IMG/VR virus record: IMGVR_UViG_3300025890_000007
Span: 1-37,108 of that record
DNA length: 37,108 nucleotides
Source: a virus
Direction: 5' to 3' (one strand)
Of this stretch, positions 18,117 to 26,481 are shown piece by piece (position 1 is the stretch's first letter; each line of letters opens with the position of its first letter). A program made the position numbers and the translations under genes. The notes beneath the pieces were generated by a model that saw only the letters and a list, made by a program, of their open reading frames with translations, was not told the DNA's origin and searched no databases.

Positions 18117-18889
18117 GTCAAAAACTCTCGGAGTTTCAATGCCTCGTTGACGTATTTATCGTGCTCTGGATGCATCCCATTCCAGTACGGAGAATCAGAA
18201 TCCATGATCTGTTGCAACCGACTTTCAATTGATGCTCTTCCACCACTGTCACCAAAAGCCACATCGTTCTGTAGCATACCATCTTCCTTTAGTATTTGAC
18301 CGACTCGGTTGAAGAGTTTGATCATCTCCGGAGAGTTTCCCAGGCCGGATGCTTCCACCATCTTGACTGTGTCTGCGTCTGCTAATTGAAGGAATGCCTG
18401 TTTGGCAATCTGGGTCTGACTCTCAAAGTCGGTTCCCCATTCTCGCTTCAGTGATTCAATCCCTTGCTGGACAGCTTCCTGGTACTCGTTTTTTTCCTGG
18501 GATCTGACTTGTTCATACTTGTTCATCATCCAATCGTAAACGTCCCGTGCCTGATCCTTGGAGAGACCCAGTTTGTGAGCGTTGTTGACGTACTCCAGAT
18601 TGATGTCATTCGACAGATCGATTTCGTAACCCTGTGGGTCCGGAGGTCTGCCGAGTTGATTGTAGAGTTCCTCGTAGTTTCCGTCAGAAGGAAGTCGAAC
18701 CAGTTGCTCTGCTGGAACTCCCATTTTTTTAACTAGATTGACATAGCTTTTTGCTAACTTTGATACATCGTCAAAATTCCGTAGAGACGGTTCATGAGCC
18801 AGTTCTTCCGGCAAAGAAGTCGGATCAAACGCCATGGCGGATTCGGTGGGTTCGGTGGTCTCGGTGGATTCCGTTGGAACTTCATTCAT
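18113..18889 (-). CDS. Scaffolding protein
   Basis: 258 aa, acidic and helical, located between the portal and capsid genes. Confidence 0.65.
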   Translation of the reverse strand: MNEVPTESTETTEPTESAMAFDPTSLPEELAHEPSLRNFDDVSKLAKSYVNLVKKMGVPAEQLVRLPSDGNYEELYNQLGRPPDPQGYEIDLSNDINLEYVNNAHKLGLSKDQARDVYDWMMNKYEQVRSQEKNEYQEAVQQGIESLKREWGTDFESQTQIAKQAFLQLADADTVKMVEASGLGNSPEMIKLFNRVGQILKEDGMLQNDVAFGDSGGRASIESRLQQIMDSDSPYWNGMHPEHDKYVNEALKLREFLT

Positions 18890-19121
18890 AGGGTCTTTCC
18901 ATTTGGGTTTCTAGAGTCTCCAGATCAATCTTCAGATACCGTAAAATGTCTACCACCACAGAACGTCTACCGTCCTGGAAAGCAGAAGTGTACGGGTCAT
19001 TGGGGATGTGAGTGGAATTGAAAACGAAGTGGCGTTGGCAAAGGTCCGCTAAGACCTTGCGACCTTGGGGTGAGTCAAAGACAGTCCGATAATCAGACTG
19101 CCTCTTTTTTTGAAAGATCAT
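18882..19121 (-). CDS. Small conserved head-module protein (Bbp19-like by recollection)
   Basis: 79 aa. TVFDSPQGRKVLADL...NDPYTSAFQDGRRSVVVDILRYL resembles a small family found next to portals in BPP-1-like podoviruses. Confidence 0.5.
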   Translation of the reverse strand: MIFQKKRQSDYRTVFDSPQGRKVLADLCQRHFVFNSTHIPNDPYTSAFQDGRRSVVVDILRYLKIDLETLETQMERPYE

Positions 19122-20755
19122 GCGCTTCTGGCTTTTGCTTCATTAAGAGTTGCTACGGATTCGTCTCTGCGAGACTGTGAAATCAAAGACTGTTGCTGGG
19201 CAATTACTTGAGCCTGTTGCATCTGTTCCATCATCTGCTGTTGCTGAAGTTCCTCGTTCTTCTTCTGATCCCGTTCGGCTTCTGTACGGAAAACTGAGGG
19301 AGAAACTTTTAAAATCTCTGCTGCTAATTCGGCAACTCTTCCGGTTTCAAAACGTTCAATGACAGTCGGATCAAGTTGGGCAAATGGAACAAGGAACTGA
19401 ATGAGTTGTGAAATCGAAGCTAGTTCACCGGATCTCTGAGCAATTGCTACCGGATTGGAATACGAGATTTTGAAATCTGCCTGTTGCAAGGACTGTGGTG
19501 CTTCCGGAAGGGAACCATTTCGTAATAGAATCGATACTGTTCTCAGGACCAGAGGTCCAAGCAGTTCAACTTCTTGACGAGCGACAATGGGTCCAAGGAT
19601 CGAAAGTCGATCTCTCTGCCGTGCAGCAATCTCTGTTGCCGAAAACCGGAGGACATCCCCGTCTGCAGCAGTCGGTCCAGGGAGTTCCAGGAGATCAATG
19701 TAGAATGCTCGTTCAATCGCATTCCGGACCTGACCCATTTTTGCTTCATTGAGATCAATTCTTGCATTTGTAATCAACGGAGTGATTCGATCCTGTGGTC
19801 CTAGTCCGGCCCTGAAATAGTTCAATCCTCCTGGCTGGAGTCTTACGGGTCCGAGGAATCCATCGTCTGGCAGTAACATCGGAGGATCGACTACTTTTTG
19901 AAGAGCAATCAGACCGATTCGTTCCATTTCGTTGATCATCCGGACATCGGGCAATGCTTCGATTCCTGGGCCTCGTCCGTAGACTTCCATCGAATTCTTT
20001 TGCCATCGACTGACAATGTACGGTAACTCCTCAAACCCTCCTTCTCGGATTTCCTTCCTGGTTGCTGTTTCGATGTAGACGGATAAATACGGTTTCGACA
20101 GTTGTCCCTTGCCGGACTTGTTCCGAGGTTTGACACAGTGCAGGATTTCAAAGCGTTCAAAGGGATTGTTGTCTGCTGCTTTTTTGATTTCATCGGATAG
20201 CGATCCTCCGAACTGACGGTAGAGAGATCGTGCGGTGTCCCAGAAAGTTCTGTAGATAGCATCCACTCTGCCGAGTTTGTCTTCTGCGATGTAACAGTGT
20301 CCCAAGAAATAGGACCGGAAAACGGGACCGAAGGGAGGTTCATTGGAAACAAACAGGACTGCTGTCCCGAAAGCCATCAGATCCAGAAAGTATTCGTGGA
20401 TCGAAGAATGGAAACTGCTCTGAGGAGAATTGAAAACAGCCATCGTTCTCCGTGTGGTTTCTTCCAGCCACAACTGAACTTCTCTCTCTTTCATCAACTG
20501 CGGATCTTCGGTCTCCAATGAAAACCAGGGAACCGTATTGCTGGTCAACGTATTATGAAGACCGGATGCTCCTCGGACCAAGGCACGGACTGCTGTGGAT
20601 TCATAGATCCGATCTCTTCTCTGTTCTCCGGAAGCACGATACCGATTGGTAAAGTCTGCTCTACGAGGAATCATCAGTTCTGCAATATCCTGCCACTGGC
20701 TCTCCCAGTTGCCTCTATCGCTTTTCAGTGCCTCGTATTCTTCGAGAATGTTCAT
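19118..20755 (-). CDS. Portal protein
   Basis: 545 aa, between the terminase region and the scaffold. The N-terminus (EEYEALKSDRGNWESQWQDIAELMIPRRADFT) is typical of podovirus portals. The C-terminal tail is Gln-rich. Confidence 0.8.
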   Translation of the reverse strand: MNILEEYEALKSDRGNWESQWQDIAELMIPRRADFTNRYRASGEQRRDRIYESTAVRALVRGASGLHNTLTSNTVPWFSLETEDPQLMKEREVQLWLEETTRRTMAVFNSPQSSFHSSIHEYFLDLMAFGTAVLFVSNEPPFGPVFRSYFLGHCYIAEDKLGRVDAIYRTFWDTARSLYRQFGGSLSDEIKKAADNNPFERFEILHCVKPRNKSGKGQLSKPYLSVYIETATRKEIREGGFEELPYIVSRWQKNSMEVYGRGPGIEALPDVRMINEMERIGLIALQKVVDPPMLLPDDGFLGPVRLQPGGLNYFRAGLGPQDRITPLITNARIDLNEAKMGQVRNAIERAFYIDLLELPGPTAADGDVLRFSATEIAARQRDRLSILGPIVARQEVELLGPLVLRTVSILLRNGSLPEAPQSLQQADFKISYSNPVAIAQRSGELASISQLIQFLVPFAQLDPTVIERFETGRVAELAAEILKVSPSVFRTEAERDQKKNEELQQQQMMEQMQQAQVIAQQQSLISQSRRDESVATLNEAKARSA

Positions 20756-21609
20756 AATGCACTCGCATATCTTCTACGATTCATCGGATCTTTTGCTCCA
20801 GTTAAAATCGTGTCTTCTCGTCCATATCTGTTCAACATCAGTCTTCTGATTCTGCGGAGTCTTTCCTCCTCCGTCATCTTGTCTGCCTTGGTGGTTGCTT
20901 TCTCAATATTTCCAAAAACTGCTTCGTTGCCTGTTAGTTCCTTAGCATCCAGATCTGCTGCAGCAGGTTCTTCTGCTACCGTCCCTTCTGTCGTTCCTGG
21001 TTGGAATGGAGAAATGATATTATCCCAAGTCAATTCCAATGCGTCCTTTGCCTTTTCTGTCAAATCCATCGCTAGATTGGAAGTAGGTTTCAATACAGCA
21101 TTTTCTGCAATCTCCACTACCATCTTCGGTGTTTCTGTCACCGTGGTTACTGCTTGATTAACCACATCTTCTGCCACCTTACCAGCATCAATCTGATTGA
21201 TTTTTTCGGGAACCTCGGTTGCTGTAATGATCGTGTCTGCTGTGGCATCAGCGATTGCTGAAACAGCAGGTTCTGCGTCACCTATGACCTGTTCGGGAGT
21301 TTTTACTGCCTGAGTGACAACATTGGTTGTGGTATCCACTGGATCAATCTTTGTGATTTGTTCTACTGCCTGGACAGGGACTGTTGTCGTAACGTCAACT
21401 GCTGCGTCAATTAAAGGCTGAACAGGTTCTGCAAAATTCTGATCCAGATTAAATGTCCAACTGTCCAAATTGTCAGGAATACTGATGTCAATTGGAGAGA
21501 ATTTAAACCCACCACCACCGTATCCACTGCCCTTGCCACCACCACCACCACTTAAGGCTTCCCCTAAATTATTTAGGTTTACTTGAGCCGCATTTACTAA
21601 ATCAACCAT
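20752..21609 (-). CDS. Acidic low-complexity protein with a basic C-terminus (unknown function)
   Basis: 285 aa. It has a Gly run (SGGGGGKGSGYGGGG), a long Thr/Val/Ala/Glu-rich body and the C-terminus RRIRRLMLNRYGREDTILTG. Confidence 0.5.
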   Translation of the reverse strand: MVDLVNAAQVNLNNLGEALSGGGGGKGSGYGGGGFKFSPIDISIPDNLDSWTFNLDQNFAEPVQPLIDAAVDVTTTVPVQAVEQITKIDPVDTTTNVVTQAVKTPEQVIGDAEPAVSAIADATADTIITATEVPEKINQIDAGKVAEDVVNQAVTTVTETPKMVVEIAENAVLKPTSNLAMDLTEKAKDALELTWDNIISPFQPGTTEGTVAEEPAAADLDAKELTGNEAVFGNIEKATTKADKMTEEERLRRIRRLMLNRYGREDTILTGAKDPMNRRRYASAL

Positions 21610-21611
21610 TA

Positions 21612-22052
21612 CTATGCTCCTATAAAATATTGTGACCCAATCTGTTGCCCCCCTTGGCGCTTCAGAAACTTATTCACTCTTTCAAAATCAGACTCCGGTT
21701 TCCGGAAAGTTCCATAGAAAAACGGTAGTTTCACTGACTGTGCTACGGACTTCGCTACTTTGTAGAGTTCAAAGGCTGTTCTCGTTTTTCTGTGCTCCGG
21801 ATTGACGTAGACATAGTATTCATAAAGTGCCGCATCATTCGTGTACCAGTGGCTTTCGACTCGGAGACCCATGTGTCCCAAGAGTTTTTCCTCTTCAGTC
21901 TTCTTCAGAACTATGTGGTGCTGAATACTGTCTGTTAGAAACGAAATACATTTCTCTTCATCCATCTTCCCGAAGGGAGCCATTTCGACATACATGTTCC
22001 GTAAATCTGCCATCAAGGCATCTACATCGGCTAAAGTACACTTTTCAATCAT
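21612..22052 (-). CDS. GNAT-fold-like protein (possible N-acetyltransferase)
   Basis: 146 aa. YEYYVYVNPEHRKTRTAFELYKVAKSVA resembles GNAT motif A, but the R/Q-x-x-G-x-G/A loop is degenerate. Confidence 0.4.
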   Translation of the reverse strand: MIEKCTLADVDALMADLRNMYVEMAPFGKMDEEKCISFLTDSIQHHIVLKKTEEEKLLGHMGLRVESHWYTNDAALYEYYVYVNPEHRKTRTAFELYKVAKSVAQSVKLPFFYGTFRKPESDFERVNKFLKRQGGQQIGSQYFIGA

Positions 22053-22516
22053 CGGATGGCTGAAGGACTCCGGACGGTGGAAGTCAGAATGCTCTGCTGA
22101 TAGTTTCTGCGAATTCCCTGTTTTCTCGGATCTCGTTCCACTTCAATCTGTTTCAACAAGGACGGAAGCATTTCGTTGATCTGGTCTAACTCTGCGCCAC
22201 TTTGTTGCATCGTGGTCTGGTACTGCTGAAGGGTCGGTTCGTATGCCTTGTAATTGGCCTGAAGACCCTCGTAGGTCGATAACAGTGCGTTGTAAGCATC
22301 CAGACGAGCCTGAGTCCTGTTTGATTGAAAAGCATCGTAGGCACTCCGAACCTGGGGTTCAAAGGTAACTGCTTCATCGTAGGCACTTCGATACTGAGGA
22401 TAGTCCTGCTGATACGACTGCTGTGCCGAAATTCCTTGTTGTCGGACTGTTTCAAAACGTTGTCTCAGTTCCTCCACACGGGCGACGGGGTTGTATCCTC
22501 TGGCCATGCTCTCCAA
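22049..22516 (-). CDS. Gln/Tyr-rich coiled-coil protein (unknown function)
   Basis: 155 aa, overlapping the terL 3' end by 52 nt. The C-terminus is RRNYQQSILTS. Confidence 0.45.
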   Translation of the reverse strand: MESMARGYNPVARVEELRQRFETVRQQGISAQQSYQQDYPQYRSAYDEAVTFEPQVRSAYDAFQSNRTQARLDAYNALLSTYEGLQANYKAYEPTLQQYQTTMQQSGAELDQINEMLPSLLKQIEVERDPRKQGIRRNYQQSILTSTVRSPSAIR

Positions 22517-23949
22517 TGGTTGAAAGGGTCAAAAGTGCGATCTGACAAAGATCCCTCGGCTACCTCTGCTCTGGGCCTCCAGGTCCGGATTGTGGCATAC
22601 CGAAGAGATTGAACGGCATAACGGGTTGCGGACATCAGGTCATCATACTTTCTGACAATCTTTCCGTCCTTGCGATGATAGATTCTGTATTCCTTGTACC
22701 AATCCTGCAAATGATCAAAGACCTTCAACCGTCCTGTTTGAAACCTTGTGATCATCGCCATAATTCCTGGTTCGACAGCAATTCCGCCTTCCGGATTGTG
22801 AAAGTGGGAACCCAGGAAATTGACTCCGGCTCTGCGATACTGATCGGCTAAAGCGTGTCCACTGCCCTTGTCATGAATCGAACCGTCATGAGGCCAAGCT
22901 ACCGGAATCCAGTTTCCTCGGAGTTTGATTGCTTCAGCATGTTGCAACATTGCTGCACCGGACTGACAGTAACTGTCATAGAGATAAGCCGTGTCTGTGT
23001 CACGGTCCCAAGCTACCCAGATTGCTGCAGTCGGATGGTCAAAACCGAAGTCGATTCCACAGATCCTTGGCCAGTGTTCCGGAATTTCAAAAGCTCTGAC
23101 CGAAAAGGATTCTTCTGCAATCGGAAAGACTTGTCCGCTTCCAAGTACCGGAATTCCCTTGGATCTCATTTGACGCTCATGCAACGGTAACGCTGAGAGA
23201 ATCTCCTGTTTTACATCTTCAGATAGATGCGGAGCATCGTCCCAGGAAGCAGTCACCAGTTGCTGCGAAGGCTTTCGATCATTCAAAAAGTTCTGGACAA
23301 CTCCCGTTACTCCCCGTTCCGGTGTGAACGTCAGATAGACCGGACCCCCGTTTTTTAAAGAAGCTCGAAGAGATTGCGAGTAAATGTCCTGCGGTGGTTC
23401 CTCGTCCATCCAAACTACGTCTACCGCTACTCCCATCCAGGCAGAAGCACCACTGTCATATGATTTGAACTGAAGTCTGCTCTTCCCATTGACATGCTTG
23501 ACCAACGCCATGCCGATGCCGTTGGGAACCCCAGGGTTTCTTTCTGTCGATAGAATCAATTCTCTCGGAATTGCTGCGGTTCCCTGTGCATCCGGATCTC
23601 CTGGAGTTCCGAGAAGTTCGCACTGAACAATGTCCCTTGTTGCATAGTGGCTCTGTCCTGCGGCCCAGGCTTGAATCGGTCTGTCGAACCTCCAGCCATC
23701 CCACCACTCCGGATAGAGTCCCGTTAGATGATATGCCATCTCTGCTGCACCACAGAACGTTTTCCCGACCTTGTTCCCAGCCATCAGACAACGTTGCCGA
23801 GCCTGATTCCCAGAATCGTCCCTGCTCCGGTGAAACTCTGCCTGATACCGATACGGTTCGTAAGATAATAGCTTGTTGAACTTCTTGGCTTCCTCGTACT
23901 CCTTCTGGAGTTCTAAAGCCTCAACTACTATTTTTTCTTTTTCAAGCAT
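22465..23949 (-). CDS. terL: Terminase large subunit
   Basis: 494 aa. It has a Walker A-like motif (MAGNKVGKT), a Walker B-like motif (VVWMDEEP) and a C-terminal nuclease-like region (CGIDFGFDHPTA...WPHDG). Confidence 0.85.
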   Translation of the reverse strand: MLEKEKIVVEALELQKEYEEAKKFNKLLSYEPYRYQAEFHRSRDDSGNQARQRCLMAGNKVGKTFCGAAEMAYHLTGLYPEWWDGWRFDRPIQAWAAGQSHYATRDIVQCELLGTPGDPDAQGTAAIPRELILSTERNPGVPNGIGMALVKHVNGKSRLQFKSYDSGASAWMGVAVDVVWMDEEPPQDIYSQSLRASLKNGGPVYLTFTPERGVTGVVQNFLNDRKPSQQLVTASWDDAPHLSEDVKQEILSALPLHERQMRSKGIPVLGSGQVFPIAEESFSVRAFEIPEHWPRICGIDFGFDHPTAAIWVAWDRDTDTAYLYDSYCQSGAAMLQHAEAIKLRGNWIPVAWPHDGSIHDKGSGHALADQYRRAGVNFLGSHFHNPEGGIAVEPGIMAMITRFQTGRLKVFDHLQDWYKEYRIYHRKDGKIVRKYDDLMSATRYAVQSLRYATIRTWRPRAEVAEGSLSDRTFDPFNHWRAWPEDTTPSPVWRN

Positions 23950-24035
23950 TTACCAGCCATCTTGCACTTGCTCGGTGACGGACACGTTGCACACGGTTTG
24001 AACGCTTTCTTTGACGTTTTCTTTTTTCCGTACAT
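23928..24035 (-). CDS. 35-aa lysine-rich Cys4 micro-protein (not in the ORF track)
   Basis: Hand translation gives MYGKKKTSKKAFKPCATCPSPSKCKMAGKCLKKKK. Its ATG shares one base with the upstream stop (TAATG at 24035), and its 3' end overlaps the terL start by 22 nt. Confidence 0.4.
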   Translation of the reverse strand: MYGKKKTSKKAFKPCATCPSPSKCKMAGKCLKKKK

Positions 24036-24757
24036 TAGACTCCGAATAAACTAAGTTGCACTGGTCCCCCAGACCATGTCTTGGGAGCATTAAAAGACTC
24101 AATCCGATCCATCAGGACTACTGCTCTGGTTATTAAAGAATTTGGCTTAAAGGCCACACTCTCCCATTTTGGTACTGTCATGTTGCGAGCTACCATTGTG
24201 CTGTCTGCAGAGGCCAAAGGAACTTTTGTGAAAATCTCTGGGTTCAAACATCGAAGGCCATGAACTTTAATAGAAATCTTTCCGTCTACACAAAGGCAAT
24301 CCATTGCCTGATTCATCCTCTCCCAGTATTTTTCAGTGTTTGGGTTCAAACCTTCGGTAGTTCCGATACAGATCCTTGGGAACTCTTCTGCTAACCAAGA
24401 TAACTTCTCTAGACTTTCATCAAAGTGCCAAACTGGAGTCCCTCCTCGTAGTGGACAATTGCGGATCAAATCATTGTTCTGCTGTTCTGTCCCTCCAATG
24501 ACATCTGGGATGATCCAAAAATCTAGAGACGGGTCTTTGAGATCTTCAATGAACTGATAATACTTTTCCCAATTGACCGATTTCCCAGAATTCCAAAAAC
24601 TATAAGCCCCATTATCGAGCATCCAAGATTGACAAAATTCTTGAACAATCGGTAACTGAGACCGGACTGCATACGAAACACAAGCATGTTTGCCATGAAG
24701 AATTCGGGCTACCTGTTCATTGGGACAAGCTAACGGGCCTCCGTGGTAGTGAATCAT
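24035..24757 (-). CDS. dpdA: DpdA-like DNA guanine transglycosylase (TGT superfamily)
   Basis: 240 aa. WMLDNGAYSFW resembles the TGT DSGGFQ/DSGAYQ substrate-Asp motif. IIPDVIGG, RICIGTTEG, KVHGLRC and LASADSTMVARN follow the spacing I recall for phage DpdA and archaeal TGT cores. Adjacency to a YhhQ-like gene supports the call. Confidence 0.55.
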   Translation of the reverse strand: MIHYHGGPLACPNEQVARILHGKHACVSYAVRSQLPIVQEFCQSWMLDNGAYSFWNSGKSVNWEKYYQFIEDLKDPSLDFWIIPDVIGGTEQQNNDLIRNCPLRGGTPVWHFDESLEKLSWLAEEFPRICIGTTEGLNPNTEKYWERMNQAMDCLCVDGKISIKVHGLRCLNPEIFTKVPLASADSTMVARNMTVPKWESVAFKPNSLITRAVVLMDRIESFNAPKTWSGGPVQLSLFGV

Positions 24758-25223
24758 AACGATAGATCAAATAAGACCAAAGAAGACCTCCTGCCCATTT
24801 TGCGATGAATTGACCTAAGATGATCAACCATGGAAATCCACCAAAGGCTAGTACCGGAAAAATCAAAGAGTCACTAAAAGAACCGACTGCATTGGAAGCG
24901 TTTGACTTCACCAAGTACTTTTCGTTTTTTAGAAAATGATAAACCCAACTATCCAGAGCACTACTGACTCCGAAGGCTGCCGCACTGGCTACTGCTATCT
25001 GAAGAGCCTCCAAATTCAACAAGACGGTCAACCCAGATCCACTAAAGATCAACAAGGCCATGTTCCGTTTTAAATTCTGTTTCCACTTCTCATGGAGATG
25101 ATCCCGTAGTGATAAATCAAGACCGATAAAAAAGAACGCATTGAAGATCGATGCAGCAGGACCGAAGTACAGAATGCTCAGATTCGCTGAGACAATGGCT
25201 ACTAGATAAATGGCAACGATCAC
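24717..25223 (-). CDS. yhhQ: YhhQ/VUT-family (DUF165) queuosine-precursor transporter-like membrane protein
   Basis: 168 aa, polytopic. IVSANLSILYFG...FFFIGLDLSLRD compares with E. coli YhhQ ITSSNYLVQ...FIFLATDLTVR. SNASNAVGSFSDSLIFPVLAFGG compares with TASTLFGNVSDTLAFFFIAF. It uses a GTG start in a GTGA overlap with the upstream micro-ORF. Confidence 0.7.
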   Translation of the reverse strand: MIVAIYLVAIVSANLSILYFGPAASIFNAFFFIGLDLSLRDHLHEKWKQNLKRNMALLIFSGSGLTVLLNLEALQIAVASAAAFGVSSALDSWVYHFLKNEKYLVKSNASNAVGSFSDSLIFPVLAFGGFPWLIILGQFIAKWAGGLLWSYLIYRYDSLPRRPVSLSQ

Positions 25224-25387
25224 TTCTTCCTTTTCACGGTTTGTTCAGACTGACCTTCTTCCCCTGGTACTCTGCCACTCCAACATCTCCGATAACGTTC
25301 ACAAAGAATTCGATAATTACAGTCATTACAAAATCTGAAGAGACGCACCTTACAACACCTTGAACTATTGATTATCGGTTTGCCCAT
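25220..25387 (-). CDS. 55-aa Cys-rich small protein (zinc-binding-like), not in the ORF track
   Basis: Hand translation gives MGKPIINSSRCCKVRLFRFCNDCNYRILCERYRRCWSGRVPGEEGQSEQTVKRKK. A GGGGG run lies 3 nt upstream of the ATG, and the stop overlaps the transporter start. Confidence 0.45.
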   Translation of the reverse strand: MGKPIINSSRCCKVRLFRFCNDCNYRILCERYRRCWSGRVPGEEGQSEQTVKRKK

Positions 25388-25470
25388 GGACCCCCAACAG
25401 ATTCGCTCTGCCGAAAAGATGGCTCGACTACCGAGTGCGGACCGTGGTGTCCAACAAAGCCCATGAACGT

Positions 25471-25956
25471 TTACGTCTCTACAATCTCTGCATCCTCTAT
25501 CGATGACAGTCCGAGTAACTTCTCGGCTAACTCGTTGCCTAACTTCTTCCTCGCTTCCTCTTCAATCTCCTTCGGTGACCGCTTGATCACTTCCTGAGTG
25601 ATGTGCGATTCGGTCTTCGGCTTGAACCCTGCTCGGTCCAGTAAATCTCTGGTTGCATTGAAACGAGTCTTCTCATCCTCTGCAGTGAACGCCAGATCAA
25701 CCATGTTCTGTAACGCATCCACCGCAATCTCTCCGAGATTCGCTCGGACCTGCAATTCCACCAGTTCCCCATATTTCCTGTTCATCTCACGGATCGTATT
25801 GGCCGGAAGGCCGGACTTGTCCGATAACTTCTTGACTGTCAAACCTGCCGCTTTGCCCTGGGACCAGAGAGCACCCATCGGAGCACACTGAATCTTTCCG
25901 AACTTCTCCTTGATCTCAATGTCTCTCTGCTTGACTCGGTGTCTGGGGTCTTTCAT
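25471..25956 (-). CDS. terS: Terminase small subunit candidate
   Basis: HTH-like segment (LTVKKLSDKSGLPANTIREM), followed by ATRDLLDRAGFKP, which is typical of small terminases. It is the first gene of the late operon. The start is set at ATG 25956 because of AAGGAG 5 nt upstream; the track start at 25974 is a GTG. Confidence 0.55.
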   Translation of the reverse strand: MKDPRHRVKQRDIEIKEKFGKIQCAPMGALWSQGKAAGLTVKKLSDKSGLPANTIREMNRKYGELVELQVRANLGEIAVDALQNMVDLAFTAEDEKTRFNATRDLLDRAGFKPKTESHITQEVIKRSPKEIEEEARKKLGNELAEKLLGLSSIEDAEIVET

Positions 25957-26451
25957 GTTTCTCCTTTTGATCACTTTATATCAGTTTTGATCAGACCGTC
26001 TAGTAAAAACTCCCCCCGTGTGGGGGAAGGGGATGACCTACCACAGACCAAGGGCCGATTTTGTGCCCCCCATACCTTTTGAACCAGGGAGAAAACGAGG
26101 ACCAAATCGGTGGTTTAATTGCGATTCGATGGTTAAAAGTAGCTATATGTTCACTAATATACGATATGGAACTCATGAAACAGAAACAGCAGTCAATAAA
26201 ATCAGTGACTTATAAGTTCTGATAAGGTTATCAGTGATAAAAAACGAAAGCTATCGGAAGGTACTGGAAGGCATCGGGCAGGTTCAGGAGGTCAAGTTTT
26301 GTTCCGTAAAATTGCTTTTCCCAAACCTTCTAAAACTCAAACTCCAACCTGATACCCAAACTATCATATACGATATACGATATAACCTGAGCAAATGCTT
26401 GGACCTTGAGCAAAAGACCAAAAAAAAATGATCAATAATGATCAAAAAGTA

Positions 26452-26481
26452 TTGACTAGTCATAATGACAAGTGCTAGGGT
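26452..26481 (+). promoter_or_regulatory. Candidate rightward early promoter with an embedded palindromic operator
   Basis: TTGACT (26452-57), an 18-nt spacer, then TAGGGT (26476-81). The spacer contains the inverted repeat GTCAT-A-ATGAC (26459-26469). Confidence 0.4.

Noticed and set aside
20555-21157. A 200-aa + strand ORF spanning the portal start and the upstream gene.
   Set aside because: It is antisense to two coupled late genes. The sequence is Ser/Phe/Leu-rich with no recognisable motif, and there is no start-site signal.
26018-26431. Two 65-aa + strand ORFs in the divergent control region.
   Set aside because: They have no SD-like sequence and GTG or weak starts, and they are filled with the repeat motifs listed under findings. 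They are more likely regulatory DNA.
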